In this document: one piece after another, positions 37,754 to 51,060 of the stretch
How positions within the stretch are numbered: position 1 is the stretch's first letter
Layout: every line of letters starts with the position of its first letter
The notes under the pieces: model-generated
Told to the model about the DNA's origin: nothing
Seen by the model: only the letters and a program-made list of their open reading frames with translations
The model's database searches: none
Program-made: the position numbers and the translations under genes
NCBI GenBank assembly: GCA_013239625.1
Contig: MU053482.1
Span: 4,477,775-4,541,774 of the forward strand
Source: Lama guanicoe
Lineage: Eukaryota
Reading direction: 5' to 3'
DNA: 64,000 bases

Positions 37754-38222
37754 CTTCTTATGCCAATGAGCTTCACACATTTCTCACCCCATCCTTCCCT
37801 GTGTTTTTCTACTGTGGTTCCATGACTATGCCAATCCAGGGTGCAATTTGTAGGGGATGATACAGCTTTGTCAGTAGGAAAAGATCTCCTTCTCCTCAAA
37901 TGCTTTTTAGCAAAGCCCAGGCCTGCAAAATAGACAGAAGGGATAAGCCCTAACTGTCTACCCAGGGAAGCGGGGCCTCAAAGGGTGAAGCATTGCTCTT
38001 GCTTTTGGCTGACACATTGGCCCCATCAATCCTGCAGCCACAGAAAGAGCATCTCGGTGCCACTGTTCAGTGTTTATGGCATGTACACACACGACCAAGG
38101 ACCTCCACCTAAAATGTGCTTCACTGGTTGCAGCCTTTCCCTTTCCATATACACCAAAGGAATCAAAGGCTACATGGACAAGTGGAAGTCCAGGGGTAAT
38201 AAGCATTTCTACCTTGGAATGA
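37754..38222 (-). pseudogene. Candidate downstream exon remnants of the minus-strand fossil gene
   Basis: Strong acceptors tttccttttcctctacAG|38222 and cccttctgtctattttgcAG|37922; possible donor AAG|gtacca after 37754; frames interrupted. Confidence 0.35.
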
Positions 38223-39349
38223 CTGTAGAGGAAAAGGAAAAACCCATAACTTTATTTCTTTCACAAACTTCACTTCAAATGAGGTGTGACAATGAACGTC
38301 ATTACCAAACTTTCGGAAATTAACCTTTAGCATAATCAGAGAGTGGCTTCTCAATTGCATGAAGAACCAAAAACATCTGACAAGGAGTATGTTCTACAAA
38401 TTGAAAATGCTTTAGTCCGTTTTCCAGTGACTTCAGGCAAGGAACATTTGTGCACACCTCTAAACTGCCTTAGTGTTTATGAGTGCAAACAGAAACATAT
38501 TGCATATTATGGAAATCATAAAAACAATATTTTAAAAAATAATAACTTTCCAACAACAGTTTAGACTATATACCATGATATATCTACTCTCACAGTTGTC
38601 AAAGGTAACTACAAAATATTATTCATTGTAATGCATGAACAATGTACAAATAATATTTAAGACCCTACATTCCCAAACAGTGAGTTTTGAATCTTTAAAA
38701 AATATTTGGAGTAACATAAATTTTACTGCCTAAACAATAGCAAGAAAAGCCTATGTGATGTGATCACAATTTAAGCAACCATCTATTTGTCTAAAGGTGC
38801 TCATATTTCTAAACTGCATAATGCTTTAGAATAAGCACAGTATTTAATTCAGCAGCTAAGGATCAAACTCGAAGTTTTGTTTAAATAACTACTTCTCATA
38901 CGATAAGGAAACCTAAACATAGACTGTCTACAGGACACCAAAACTTTTGGAAAAAATAAACAAAATATGGTCATTTTTATATTTGCCAAAAATTCCTCAT
39001 TGTAAACCATTAATAAATAAATGTTACTATTCACTTAATTGTTTCCTAGAAATAGACAGTTATGCTGAGGATTAATATGCTTTTTAAAAAAAAACTTTTT
39101 TTCTAGAAAGGTAGACAACCAATATTACTATTTTCTATTCTTAGTCAAAATGGAGTTCATTTGACATTGTCTTATCTAGATATGCTGATAATTCAATGTT
39201 AACATCCCAAGAAACTGCTGTTTCCCTATTTCTTTAGCCCATTTCCTTCAACATACAGCAACAAAACATGCAAGATTCAAAATTACATATGTATGTTTGT
39301 GCATCTATGTGTATCACGCTAAGATTTTTTATTTTCTTAGTACAAAATA

Positions 39350-40979
39350 ACACAAACATAAAAACTGAAAAACTCTGCTTTGCACTTTGGATTAGTTGAT
39401 ATTCCTGGGTAATTTCTGGACTTAAACATTTCTCTTTGTCTCTGTTTTTATTTTCATTAAAGGCTCTTTCGGAATATTAATATCATACTTGCTTTTTAAG
39501 AAAACAGAATGAATTCAATTTTGTCTGAATAGATTTTATCTCATCTGTTGTTTGCAACTTGCGGCAAACACATTTTCCTATCTGGCTATAATCACTAAGG
39601 ACTTTATTCATTATACCTGAGTCTTCATTATTGCCATCAGTAAGGCTCACTGCCTCCAAAACATTCTAAGGAATCATATGAACCTCATTGCTAGCATCCA
39701 GCAAGCTACAAAACACACTCAGCCCTTTTTAGCCAAGACCTGCTTCTTCCAGCCAAACTCAAACCAGAGGCTGTTCACCTACTTTCTTTCTTTCTGAAGA
39801 GCAAGGAGGAACCATAGTTAGCCGAAGAACTGAAGAAAGCTTCCGTCTGACTGGCCCTCTCTTGGATGCCCACATGGCTTCTGACTCTCCTAGAGGATCT
39901 TAGGTTGCTCTGAGCGAGGTGGCTGTTCTGTCGAACTGCTTCTCCATGCAAAGACCTCTGCCCAATTTCTGTAGAATCATGAAATGGTGACTCCCTTCCT
40001 CAAGTCCATCTCTGACATGTCTGGAAGTTGTTAAGGACAAACCATTACAAGGACTACTGGGGACAAGTCCAATTTTTTTTTTTAATCTTTTGAGTTAGAA
40101 AAAAATCTCTTGACTATGATCAAAACTACTGCCTGTCTTTTCAGGGTTTGAGAAGCCCTCTTATCTTTCAGGTTCTCCACCCAAAATTCATCTTCTAGCT
40201 ACATGTTTTCAATTCCAGCACAGATGGACTGGATGACAAAGGAAGCTCTGTGCTATGAAGGCAGCTGTGTATTTCAGGGATGGCAACTCCTAATACAAAA
40301 GGCCCACAATGGCTTCCTTGTGTGTCTTTTTCTGCTTTTTGGAATCTACTAAGATCCTATCAGCAAAACAGTATGAAGCAGTTTTAAGATCTTTATTGTA
40401 ATTATCTCTAGAAATCCTGGCAACCTGGTGGTTACTGCCTTCCTCTGGACAGACAAACATACGAACATTTACAGCTCTTTTGGCCTTGTCTTGATTTCAC
40501 TTTTCTGGGGAGAGATGAGGTTTCTACAAAAGCTTTTACAAGTTATGTCTGACAATGAGTCTTGGCTAAGACTTTTTAAATGTGTTTTCCTCTTCTTTCT
40601 TTTCTTGTCAATAACAGACAAGAATGAAGATGAAAGAGAAAAGGTAAGGTTCTGATAAATATAATCTTTCATTGGTTTGATATTGCCTAGAACTTTTTGT
40701 CATATTTAGAATGTTTGTTTTTAGTTTTACTCTTTTTACAAGACAAGGCATTGGAAGATGTTAGAGATTTTTTTAAAAAAAAATTCAGGTTTTCTGAATA
40801 TAACATCATGCCTTCATTTTCCTTACATAGCTGAAGCACATTCTGATGGTTCATGCGAGTCTTCCATTTCTTATTCAATTTTCTAGCTATATCTTTTCTT
40901 TAATGATGACTTGTTCTGAATTTTCCTTTATAATTACCAGTTTTTGAACCTGGTGTTCATCTGGTTACAACTGATGATA
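39350..40979 (-). pseudogene. Large decayed coding-like exon (K/S/E-rich), unidentified gene
   Basis: Acceptor ctgccttattttaAG|40979. Successive long frames separated by isolated stops or frameshifts: RKDIARKLNKKWK...; KKRKKRKTHLKSLSQDS...; SPFHDSTEIGQRSLHGEAVRQNSH...; NVLEAVSLTDGNNEDSGIMNK...QTKLNSFCF. I recognise no repeat here. Confidence 0.6.
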
Positions 40980-42299
40980 CTTAAAATAAGGCAGACAACA
41001 GTTAGTTCCATTCATCCATATAATAAATATTTATATGGTCACTGTATGCAGACAGACCTACACTAGTATTAGCTATGGTCATACCTTAAAGAGGTTTGTT
41101 AGTGAGGGGGAGATATAGGTCCTTGAAAAGAAAAAAACCAAGCACCAAATGAGCAAATACATAATTGGTGGTAAGACTAAAGATAGCTATATCTCAAAGT
41201 AAATCACTAGTATTCTTTTAGTAATATTACACATAGTGCACATTACATAATTTGATTGCAGTGTAAGCAGTATTGGATATGTCTAGCAACACTGTTAAGA
41301 TGATTCAGCTGGAATGGGTAGGAACTTCACGTACTTTAGATAGAAATGATCACTTTCCTAAGAATGTGCTCGCCAAAGTGCAGGGAAAAAAAAAGCTTCT
41401 ATTGTCAACTTGCCAACTTAGTGAAGTTTAAAGAAGAGAATGCTTTCATTTGATAAAGTGTATCAAAGTGGTATGTGATGTTTGATTAAGAAAGCAGAAG
41501 ATCAACAATGAAACTTCATCTGCATCTGGGATAAAAGCCCCTTTTAAACCTACAGACATATCAAGTCACCAAAACTTAAAAGTGCCAATTTACAATAACA
41601 GCTGTATGCATCTAACACCATATCATAAAACCAACAGAGCCATGTTCTACTGGAAAGGTACTAGTAAGTATCTACATAAACTTTCCCCTAAGAACTGCGT
41701 ATTATCCAGAATAGTAATTTACGCTTGTATAATGTGTTTCTGCTTTCAAAATGCTTCCACATCCCATACCAATAAATGAGAAAGGATGCTATGCAATGAG
41801 CCAGGTGCAGCCATAATATAAAATGAAAGGGGAAATGTCTGGAATAACTTTGTCTTTAGCACATTGTATTATTGAAGATAAACCCCAGACTAGGAAGCTG
41901 GGCTCCAATCTAAACAAAATCAAATAAGGCTGACAACTAAACCAACTAAAAGACAAAGCGAGAGAAGCACACTGGGTATGTGAACCAAACCTACCCCCAC
42001 TGACCTCACAATAAAAATAGAACCCAAGTCTAGATTCCACAGGTTAATTTAAACTACTTATCATCTCCTCTTTAAACCTGCCCCTCTGACTCATCAGGGT
42101 TGGCACACAAGTAAATAGAGTGTGGCTTACAAGAAGGACCTGGTAGGAAGGAGAAAGGGAACAGGCTATGAACCCACATACTCACTAAGTCCTGTGGCAC
42201 CTCTCCAGAAACAGAACTGATTCCAGAAAAAAATAAATATAAATCCCATTCTCCTGTAATAATCCCCACACACAGACTCCCGCCTCTGAGTAAACACCT

Positions 42300-42665
42300 C
42301 TCTTGATTGTAAATCAAGGATTCCTGGGGCAGCTCATTCCATTTCTGGACTGTTCTAATCATTCAAAGGTTCTCAGTCATGCTAGCCCAAATTAGCCCCC
42401 TACAGTTTCTCCTCACCTGAGAAATATAAAATAAGTCCTTCTCCTCCTCCGGGCAGCCTTTCACTTCGTTTGAAGGCAGCTGTTACCTCCCCACTGAGTG
42501 CTATGTCCCCACAGTTCACGTATGCCCAAGTGCTCCTCATATGACATGATTTATAGGCTCCTAATCATCTTGCTCATCCTCTCTTGGATGTGTTGCAGTT
42601 CTCAATAAAGTCCTTCTTCAAAAGTGTTGCCCAGAATGGAACACAATATTGCAGGAATGGCCTAA
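42300..42665 (-). mobile_element. CR1/L3 LINE 3' fragment
   Basis: ggcagctcattccatttctggactgttcta and ttcaaaagtgttgcccagaatggaacacaatattgcag are typical antisense CR1 RT-end sequences. Confidence 0.75.
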
Positions 42666-43849
42666 ATATGGAATAAAAGCCTTTGTCTATATTAAAAGGC
42701 ACCAAGGATCAAATGAACAAGGGAAGTTTCTGTTATTGTTATCAGAGTTTCATTTGGTCTTTTGGTTTGGGTGTTTTGTTTTGTTTTGTTTTTTGAAGAA
42801 GGGGGTGGTTGTGAGGCAGGTGGAGAAGAGTTCACCACACTTTTTATTAAATTTAAAATTTAATTCAATTTAAAAACACAAATGAAAAAGAAAAGTTTTT
42901 TTTTTTAGTTTTTAAATAAAAACGCAAATGAGAATCAGCAATGTTCAAGGCTCTCTGCTAGGGATTTCTGAAGAAACAAATGAGTAAGATACAGGGTCCA
43001 CATACTATGGCCTGCCCCTTGTCCCCTTCCCTTCAGGCAAATCACAATCACACAGGGCTTTTTGATAAGGTAGGTTTGTATTAGTCATCCATGCTGGAAC
43101 AACTGGCTGGGGACAGGGACCCCCTCAGGAAGATGTGTTTGACTTGGCCCCAGAACGGTTGTTAATGTCTGTTCCCTGGACCCATAGAAGTGAGTCATAT
43201 GTTTGCATCACTGCTCCCATTGACACCCCTGCCACACCAGCTGGCTCTTGCACACTCTGTCCCCTCTTCCCAGTCTGAGAGCCCTCACTGCTTCTCTAAA
43301 CAGCCTCCTCCTTCCTCTGCTCAGAGCCCCGGATACTACACAGCTGGTATCCATTCTCCCTGACCCTGAGGTCAGGAAAGAAAAGGTGGGCTTGCTTCTC
43401 CAGTCTCTGCTGATGGGAGATCCTGAGCACAGGGCTTGTCTCACCACCGCAGCACCCCGAGCACCTGGAACTCTCTTTGCCATAGTAACCGTTTGCTGCT
43501 GAAGGGACGGAGGCTTGCAGCTTTCACATGTGATTAAGCATGCACGAACTGAGGCGGTTCAGCTCTACCAGACCGCCTTTAGAGAATTACAAAACTGAGA
43601 AGTCTTGGAGATCATTCATTCTACAGATGACACAATAAGGGAAGCCCAGAAAGTTAATGACTCATTTGAGGTAACAGAGGGACCCTAGAGATAAGAGTGT
43701 GGACTACCTCGATACCCGGCTTAGCACCACTTCCACTGAAGGGTGTTTTTGAAATCTAAATACTTTCTGTGTATTTGAGGAAGTGGCCTGGGAGTGGATG
43801 TGACTCTATCTCTTCCTCTTGGTGTTTTAATAAATAATTCCCTGAAAAC

Positions 43850-44420
43850 TAAATGCCCACCGCACTCCATATATTAGATAGTCCCCTTACTTGCTAAAAA
43901 GCTGTAACAGAGCGCGTGTCTCCCACTTCTTCCTCCGGCGGAGAGCGAGGAATTGTACACAGAACTTGGCTGTCTTTGTATTTTCTGCTCATCAGAGCCA
44001 TCCAGCGGCCTGGGCTTGATAGGCCTAGAACCAGTGGGCAGAGAAGCAGCGTAGGGTCGGACAACCCGTGCCACACCCCTATCTCGCTTACTCGGCCACG
44101 CCTTTCCAACAAGAAAGGAGAGCACTGCCTCCAGAATGATCTTGGGGCTCTGCCTCCACCCGGGGCTCCCTGGGTAAGGGAAGGAGGCTGAGCCAAAACA
44201 TCTGGGGGCAGACATCCCCCTACCACGCCCACTCTCCAGGCCCCGCCCCCAGACCCCAGAGCCCCTCCCTCCCCATTCCCTACTTGCCACTCTGTTCTCT
44301 CTTCCACCCATTCCTACCCATCTTCCTTCTTCCCACCCTGCAGTACTCCCCTCTCCCAGCACCGCTTCACACTCCCCAGATACACCGCACTTCCGCGCCT
44401 CCCCTCCTGCCTCCAGGCCC
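43850..44420. promoter_or_regulatory. CpG-enriched promoter-like region with GC boxes
   Basis: Locally retained CpGs; CCACGCCC (44223-44230) and CCCCGCCCCC (44241-44250); strong C skew on the + strand. Confidence 0.5.
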
Positions 44421-44679
44421 AGGGGACAGATGCACAGAGCCCTACCATTGGTGCTGTACTGACAAACAGAAAGTCAAAATCTGCACTGAAAGTTCTTGGT
44501 TTCAGCCCCTTATGGTAAAACCTTTGTACCACCCACGAGTAGATAATTAAATATAATAATATGAGCTAATAGAGAACCTCATAGGTGCCAGACTGTGTTC
44601 TGAGTTACCAGTATTGTGCCCACTTTACAAATTGGGAGACTGAGGAACAGCCTGGGTAAAAAGTTTAAGACCTATGAAT

Positions 44680-45050
44680 GGAACAGAAAGTGATACATGC
44701 ATACAATGAAATACTACTGAACAATTAAAAGGAACAAATTACTGATACACTGAATAACATGGATGTATCTCAGAAACATCATGCTAAGTGAAAGAAGCCA
44801 GACACAAGACAGAACAGATTCAATGATTCCATTTATATGGCATTCTAGGAAAGGCGAAACAATAGCAACGAAAAGCAGGTCAGAGGTTTTGGAGTTACAG
44901 ATGGGGCAGGAAGGGGCTTTTGATGATGATGGGACTGTTCCCAAACTTTTTGTGGTGGTGCGTGCACAACTGTGTACATTTACCCAAAGTCATCAAACTG
45001 TACACTTAAAATGGGTGCTTTTTGTGGTGTGTTAAGTGTACCTCTAGACA
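44680..45050 (+). mobile_element. L1MB/MC-type 3'UTR fragment
   Basis: acatggatgtatctcagaaacatcatgctaagtgaaagaagccagacacaa...ctgtacacttaaaatgggtg. Confidence 0.85.
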
Positions 45051-46711
45051 CTGCCAGAAAAAGAAAAATCAAGAGGGAAGAAGAAAGACAAACCCTGGAC
45101 AACACCAAGGATGACTAGACTGAGAGGAAACAGGGAAGGTGGAAAGGAGTAGTCAAACAGGTGCAAGATCTAAGAAAGAAAGATGGCCCTGAAGCCAAGT
45201 GGAGACACTAGTGCTTGGTGCTACCATCAGTAGTGACCAGAGGGAGGAGGTGATCAACAGGCCATAGAAAGATCCTGAAGGATGAACCCCCTAAAGAGGC
45301 TGCTGAGGGTTAAGCTGGAACTAGGGGGCGCAGACTCAAGAGGAAAAGTCCTCTGGTTTTCTCAGCTTTAGTGTTCCGAGACCTTCCAGAAAGAAAGACG
45401 TAGGAGCTGGGTGTGCTATCAACAGATAACCCGCCCTAAAGTTCAGTTCATCTTAATAGAGTTGTAAGAAAAACAATGGTATGTCTGGCCCCTTCATGAT
45501 TTTCCTGTCCACAAACTCCATCATAGTTTTTACATTATTTAAAACATTTATTTAATAGAGTTCAATTCCATGAAGACATTTTAAAATCTTTTTAATACTG
45601 CTTGACCAATGGCTTGAAAAGGGAGTTAATGAGGATCCATCCCATATTCTGATCTTTTGAGACACAGTCTCAAGGCCTTTGAAGAGTGACAGTCATAGAA
45701 GATATGTCCTCTGTGGTGTGAAGTTCCTGACACTGGTTTACATGGGTAGGACAGCAGTGTGCTGTGGTGTTCGGCAAAGTCAGCCAAAGGGTGTAAGCTT
45801 TCCAAACTTCATGCTCTGGCTTGCAGGACCTGAGTCACAATGACTGATGGAAGAGGGTGTTGCCTGAAAGTTAAAGGCTGGTAGGCTGATTAATGGTCTC
45901 AGCATGAACCTTCAGGCCTCTAACCCTGACAGATCATTAGCTCCCAGAAAATGTCCAGCCTCTGGAGGTCATGGTTATTATTATGAACTAATAAATACAT
46001 GAAAACAAAACAGAGCAAACAGCCTTTTTATGTGTTAGGGATATTTAAAAACTAAGCTGCATATTTCCATGCATACAGATTCCTGTTGGTAGCGTAAATC
46101 CTACCTTAGCTTTCACAAAGCAGGAGCAGAGACCACTAGAAGAGCCATACTTCACCGTTAATGTTGCATTAAATTTTAACCACTGCAGTCATGGATAAGG
46201 AGATATTTTCATTACTATCTGGTATTTTCAGGACCTTACAACTTAACTTAGTTCAACACTCTCTTTTGGCTAATTGATTACATTCATTTTGGTTTCTTAC
46301 TCAAAAGGATATGAATGTCTTAACTTTGATAAAGCAATCAGTCCTAAGGTTATTTTAATGTTAGAAAAGATAAAATCCTCAGACACTGTGTAATATGTAT
46401 TATATGGGGAACATATTAAGCTCCTGTAGGAAGGAAACATTGTTCAGTCACTGTTTCCCTGTTATTAAGTATAATATGTTCCTGTGAAAAAATACAAATA
46501 GTACCACTATAAACTGATGGTATGTGAAAAAGGAAGTCAAAAGCTAGTGACTGGAATCACTGTCTATTTCTTTAATTTCCACTTTATATCTTCCTGGAAA
46601 AGAAATACGAACTGGCTAACAAAACGAGACAAATACAGTAATAGGGGAAACAATCAAGGAAAAGAAAGGGCAGACTGCAACTATTCCAAAAATAGGGGCC
46701 ACTTTACTTAC

Positions 46712-46813
46712 TGGGATGGGGCCAGGGATCTGGACTCCCTGGTACTAAGGCCCAGAGGGAAACTTGATAACCTCAGTAACTGTCATCAGAAAGGAGAAAA
46801 TGTGAGTGAGTTT
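46712..46813 (-). pseudogene. Candidate 102-nt internal exon remnant
   Basis: Acceptor gtttgttttacttcAG and donor CCA|GTAAGT; length is a multiple of 3; every frame now contains at least one stop. Confidence 0.35.
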
Positions 46814-46917
46814 CTGAAGTAAAACAAACTGTTAAATTTCAGAAACCTGTTTAACATGAGTCACATCCCATTCTCCTTGACCATTAAGACCATTAGACTG
46901 TCTCGTTAATGGCACTT

Positions 46918-47283
46918 TGCTATGAACTGAATCGTGTCCCCGCTAAGTTAATACGCTGAAGCCTTAATCTCTCAGTGTAACTGTATCTGGGTAGAGTCCT
47001 AAAAAGGAACTAAGGTTAAATGATGTTATAAGGGTGGGGAATCCCAAAGGACTGTGGCCTTGTAAGAAAAGGAAAAGAGAGATTTCCCTCTCTCTCCACC
47101 ATGTAGGACACAGCAAGACAGCAGCTGTCTGCATGCCAGGAAGAGAGCTCTCCCCAGAATCGGCCAGGCTGGCACCCTGATCTCATACTTCCAGCCTTCA
47201 GAACTATGAAAAAAATAAATTTCTGTTGTTTGAACCACCCAGTCTACGGTAGTTCGTTATGGCAGCCCAAGCTGACTGATATG
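46918..47283 (+). mobile_element. MLT1A-type MaLR solo LTR
   Basis: tgctatgaactgaatcgtgtcccc...gttatggcagcccaagctgact; 5-bp TSD CACTT at 46913-46917 and 47284-47288. Confidence 0.9.
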
Positions 47284-48424
47284 CACTTTGATAGGCCCCA
47301 CGCTATCACCCTTAAGACGTGAGAACACAGAGTGCAATCAGGTGTCAGGAAAGCTGGGTCTGATCCTAGGACTATACCTCCTTTCATGACTTGTCAGTGT
47401 AGAAGGCAGCAGGAACTAATTAGGTATTTTTACCATCCCATAAACTGCAAAATAATAATAATTGATCGGTAAATAAATTAGACTCTTCCTCAATGCCATG
47501 CAGTAGTCATGGGTTTTCTTTAGCAAACTATATGGTAAATATATTCATGTCAGTCTGTTTTTAACAAGTTAAGAAAGAAAAGCAGGGCATCTACAAAGAT
47601 GTTCAAAAATCAGAGACTGATGAATTAAATTATGTGCTTTGAGTACAAAACTAAGAACTCTAGTTTTAGGAAATTTTGAAAAATACTCATGATATAATAC
47701 AAAGTAAAAAAGAAATTAAAAAGACATACTCTGATTACAATGACAGAAAAAGCTATAAGGATAATGTAAAAATGAGAAGAGTGATAGGTATTTGAAACAT
47801 GAGTCACTTTTGCCCTACATTTTATTTTCTGAAATGTTGCTAGATGTTCTTTTTTATTATTTACAGTTTAAAAAATAAATTTGAAAGTGCCTCTGGGTAT
47901 CTTCTGTGAAACTGTCTTTTATTACCAAACTGACTGTTACTTCTGTTAGTTATGAAGATTCCACTTGTGACTGATGTTTCATTCAATTGATAGTAGTACT
48001 GTTATTTTAAATACACAGTCAAAAATGACTAATTGGAAACAACCAAATGTTTCCATTTTAATGAGATCTCAAAGCTCTAATTTAGCTAAATACTTTAAAA
48101 AGACAAGGTCAAGATGAATGTTCTGGTGACTGGATATATTAATCTCACTATAAATATCAAGATTGTCCAGCGTTTCAAGATGAAAATGAGATGGTATTCT
48201 TAGAAACAGGAAAGCATCCAGCCCACACCAAAGCTGGATCCTGATCACTAAGTGTGAATGAATAACAAAGGCCATTTCATCAATTAACATTTACTAATCA
48301 TTTATAGGGTAGTGATTTATGACATGGGCTTCAGAGCCAGGCTGCCTGGGCTTAAATCCCCATCCCATCACCTGCTAGAGTTCTGATCCCGTGTATTAGT
48401 CAAGATAAGTTAGGTTTGCTTTGA

Positions 48425-48793
48425 TGTTTGAGTCCATTTTAGCTGCTATAACAAAAATACCATAGACTGGGTAGCTTATAAACAACAGATATTTGCCTCT
48501 CACAGTTCTGGAGACTAGGAAGTCAAGATCAAGGCACTGCCAGATTCAGTGTCTGGTGGGAGCCCACTAACTGGTTCATAGACAGCAATTGTCTTGTTGC
48601 AGCCTCACATGGCAGAAGGGATGACAGGGCTCACAGGGGTCTCTTTTATAAGGGCACTAATCCTATCATGAGGGCTCTGCCCTCGTGACCTAATCACCTT
48701 CTAAAGGCCCCCACCTCCAAATACCATCACACTGGGGATTAGGTTTCAATATATAAATTGCGGTAGGAGGGCTACCAGTATCAGTCTACAGCA
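48425..48793 (-). mobile_element. MLT1A-type LTR nested in an older MLT1 LTR (~48392-49130), itself inside a MIR (~48300-49290)
   Basis: gctgctataacaaaaataccatagactgggtagcttataaacaac...aaataccatcacactggggattagg; flanks continue the older LTR and MIR sequence. Confidence 0.8.
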
Positions 48794-49489
48794 AATGGTA
48801 ACGGAATAAAACTAAAATCTCAGTGACTTAAATCATCAGGGTTTATTCTCATACTACATGTCCATTGTGAGCCAGAAGGAGCTGTACCCACATAATCACT
48901 CAGAGATACAGAGTGAAGGAGATTCTGGCATCTTGTTAGCTGTCTATGCACTTCAGCTTTTTGAGCACTGGAGGGTCTCATATCAGAAATTAAATACTTT
49001 AGCAGAGAAGTGACCCATAGGCAGCAGTTCTCTTTTCAACTTGTTAACCCTTACTAGTCACAAAGCCATCTAACTGCAAGAGGGTAGGAAAATGACTCTC
49101 CCACGTGCTTAGAAACATAAGAGAACAAGGAAGACGAGCACTAAAAGCCTCTGTGATATCTTGGGCAAATTACTTAAGCCTTTGTGGCTTCATGTCTTAA
49201 TGTACAGAATGGAGATAATAATAGTGTCCCACTTGTAAAGTTGTAAGGATTATGTTAATATACATAAAGCACATTTAACACCCAATACTCAATGAATGCT
49301 ATTATTACTATGTACCAGTCACTGTGCTAAGAAGTGGGGACAAAACAATGAATTAGACAGCTCTCTCCACCCTGGGAGTTCACACACTAGCAGAGAAGAC
49401 AGATGTATAAGTAAAAATTCTGCAGGAAATGTGATTACTGTCACTCAGGAAAGTTATCTTAGTTCTGATTACTCAGGAATGCAGAAAGG

Positions 49490-49720
49490 CAGAGCAGCAT
49501 GGGAAAATGGAACAGGGGCTGTGGAATCGGGCATGTCTCACTTTGACTCTTGGCTCCGCCATTTACTGGATGTGACTTAGACAAACAACAATCTCTCTAA
49601 GCCTCAGTATCCTACCTGTAAAACAGTGAACTCATAAACTTTCACCTGTGGTTACCTATGAGGATTAAGTGTGGAGCAGATAGCACCATTTGCAATATGT
49701 AGTCCAATTAATAGGATCTA
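49490..49720 (+). mobile_element. MIR SINE
   Basis: tgtgacttagacaaacaacaatctctctaagcctcagtatcctacctgtaaaac. Confidence 0.7.
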
Positions 49721-50575
49721 GTACATAGAATGTGTTCTTCAACATTCTAGACAGAAACTGTTTCTACTGTTCTAAGCATTTCAAGTCAGCAAACATGCAT
49801 TGAGCACCTACGTGCCTATCCAGACTCAATGGGGAATATAAATTTAGCTAGCTTGTCTTTTTCAGGTCACGTCAGTTTAAAGTAAAATATGAAAAATAAA
49901 AATAAACAAAACAAACAAAAACATACATGATTCAGAGCAATATATTTCTTGATCGAGCCCTCCCCCACTTCCTGTAACCATTCTCTCCAAAGTACAGCCC
50001 TACCCAGGTTCTCCCCAATCATTTTACAAATCCCCAGAGGGCGTCTTGTGGTTTCCCCAAGAACTTGTTCTCTTTCCCTCCTCTCCTTTCTTGCATTGAG
50101 CCACTAAAGAGGGCTCTCACCTCCCACCAGCTCCACTGCCCACTGGCAGAAATGCATAAGATGTTCCACAGAGGGGAACACTGGATGCTCTGTTGTGAAT
50201 CAGCTGCTGTGCATGTCTTTTAACTTTTAATCTGCAAACAGTAAATTCTCAAGCCCTATACTATATTCCTATGAATATTTGTCTCTGGTCAAGAATCTTC
50301 ACTGTAATCAATCTTTTCTTTTGCGTAGTTGTGCAGATCTTAGCACAACCAGGATGAGTATTCAATGTTAAACAGAAGTTAAGTTACAAATCTACCAAGC
50401 CAGATGACCCCACTTCTATCATAGGTTTAAAAAAATGACATCAAGTACCATAAAAAGATAGACAATTGGTATTTTCCTAAATGTAAATACCTAATAAATA
50501 ATTATCTGTATACTTTTCTACTGTAAAACCCCTAATATCCCATAGACAATCAATGAACGTCTAGTGATAGCTTAC

Positions 50576-51060
50576 ATACAGTGATAGCTGAAGGAGGGGT
50601 GTTCATAATCTCCCCTTGCTCAACCCCTGGGCACTGACAGCCGCCAGAGACCCTACACGTTGCTTTTGCCTAATGCCCTTGCCTACCTCCTCCACAGCAC
50701 AGTGCTGCCCTGGGGCAGAATCCAAGGCCTTTGATGGAGGCTCAGCTTCTCCACTCATCTGGAGAGAACCTTGGGCTTCCCTGATCCCAGCAACCTGGAA
50801 TGTCCCAGAGAGGCTTATCTGCCTTTCTGCCCCTTCAGTGTCAGCCAAGCTCACAGTCTCTCTTCTTCCGCCAGAGGCAGCATGGAGGACCCTCCAGAGG
50901 AGGGAAGCCCCAGTGTACCAGGCTAAGATGAGGCTGCGTCTCCCTCAACTGGTTGGTGACCAGGCCCTCAACTACTCACTCATCTGATCAAAGATATTTT
51001 CTGCTTCCTTCCTAGAAAGATTTCTCTCATTGGAGCAGCAAATGTTTTCTCTTCATCCTC
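50576..51060 (-). pseudogene. Decayed coding-like segment of the minus-strand fossil gene
   Basis: Frame NLSRKEAENIFDQMSE*LRAWSPTS*GRRSL...SLADTEGAERQ...KGRL*, with about 113 open codons after the second stop; donor TAT|GTAAGC at 50575. Confidence 0.4.

Noticed and set aside
37958..38030. KARAMLHP resembling the RAD51AP1/RAD51AP2 C-terminal RAD51-binding motif
   Set aside because: The preceding GLSR core is missing, the spacing differs and the exon layout does not fit; too short to name the fossil gene.
39350..40979. Assigning the large exon to a known gene family (e.g. NSD-type methyltransferases)
   Set aside because: Only compositional similarity; no recognisable domain motif.
43874..44362. 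162-aa and 137-aa minus-strand ORFs
   Set aside because: G-rich low-complexity products of a GC-skewed region, with no family similarity.
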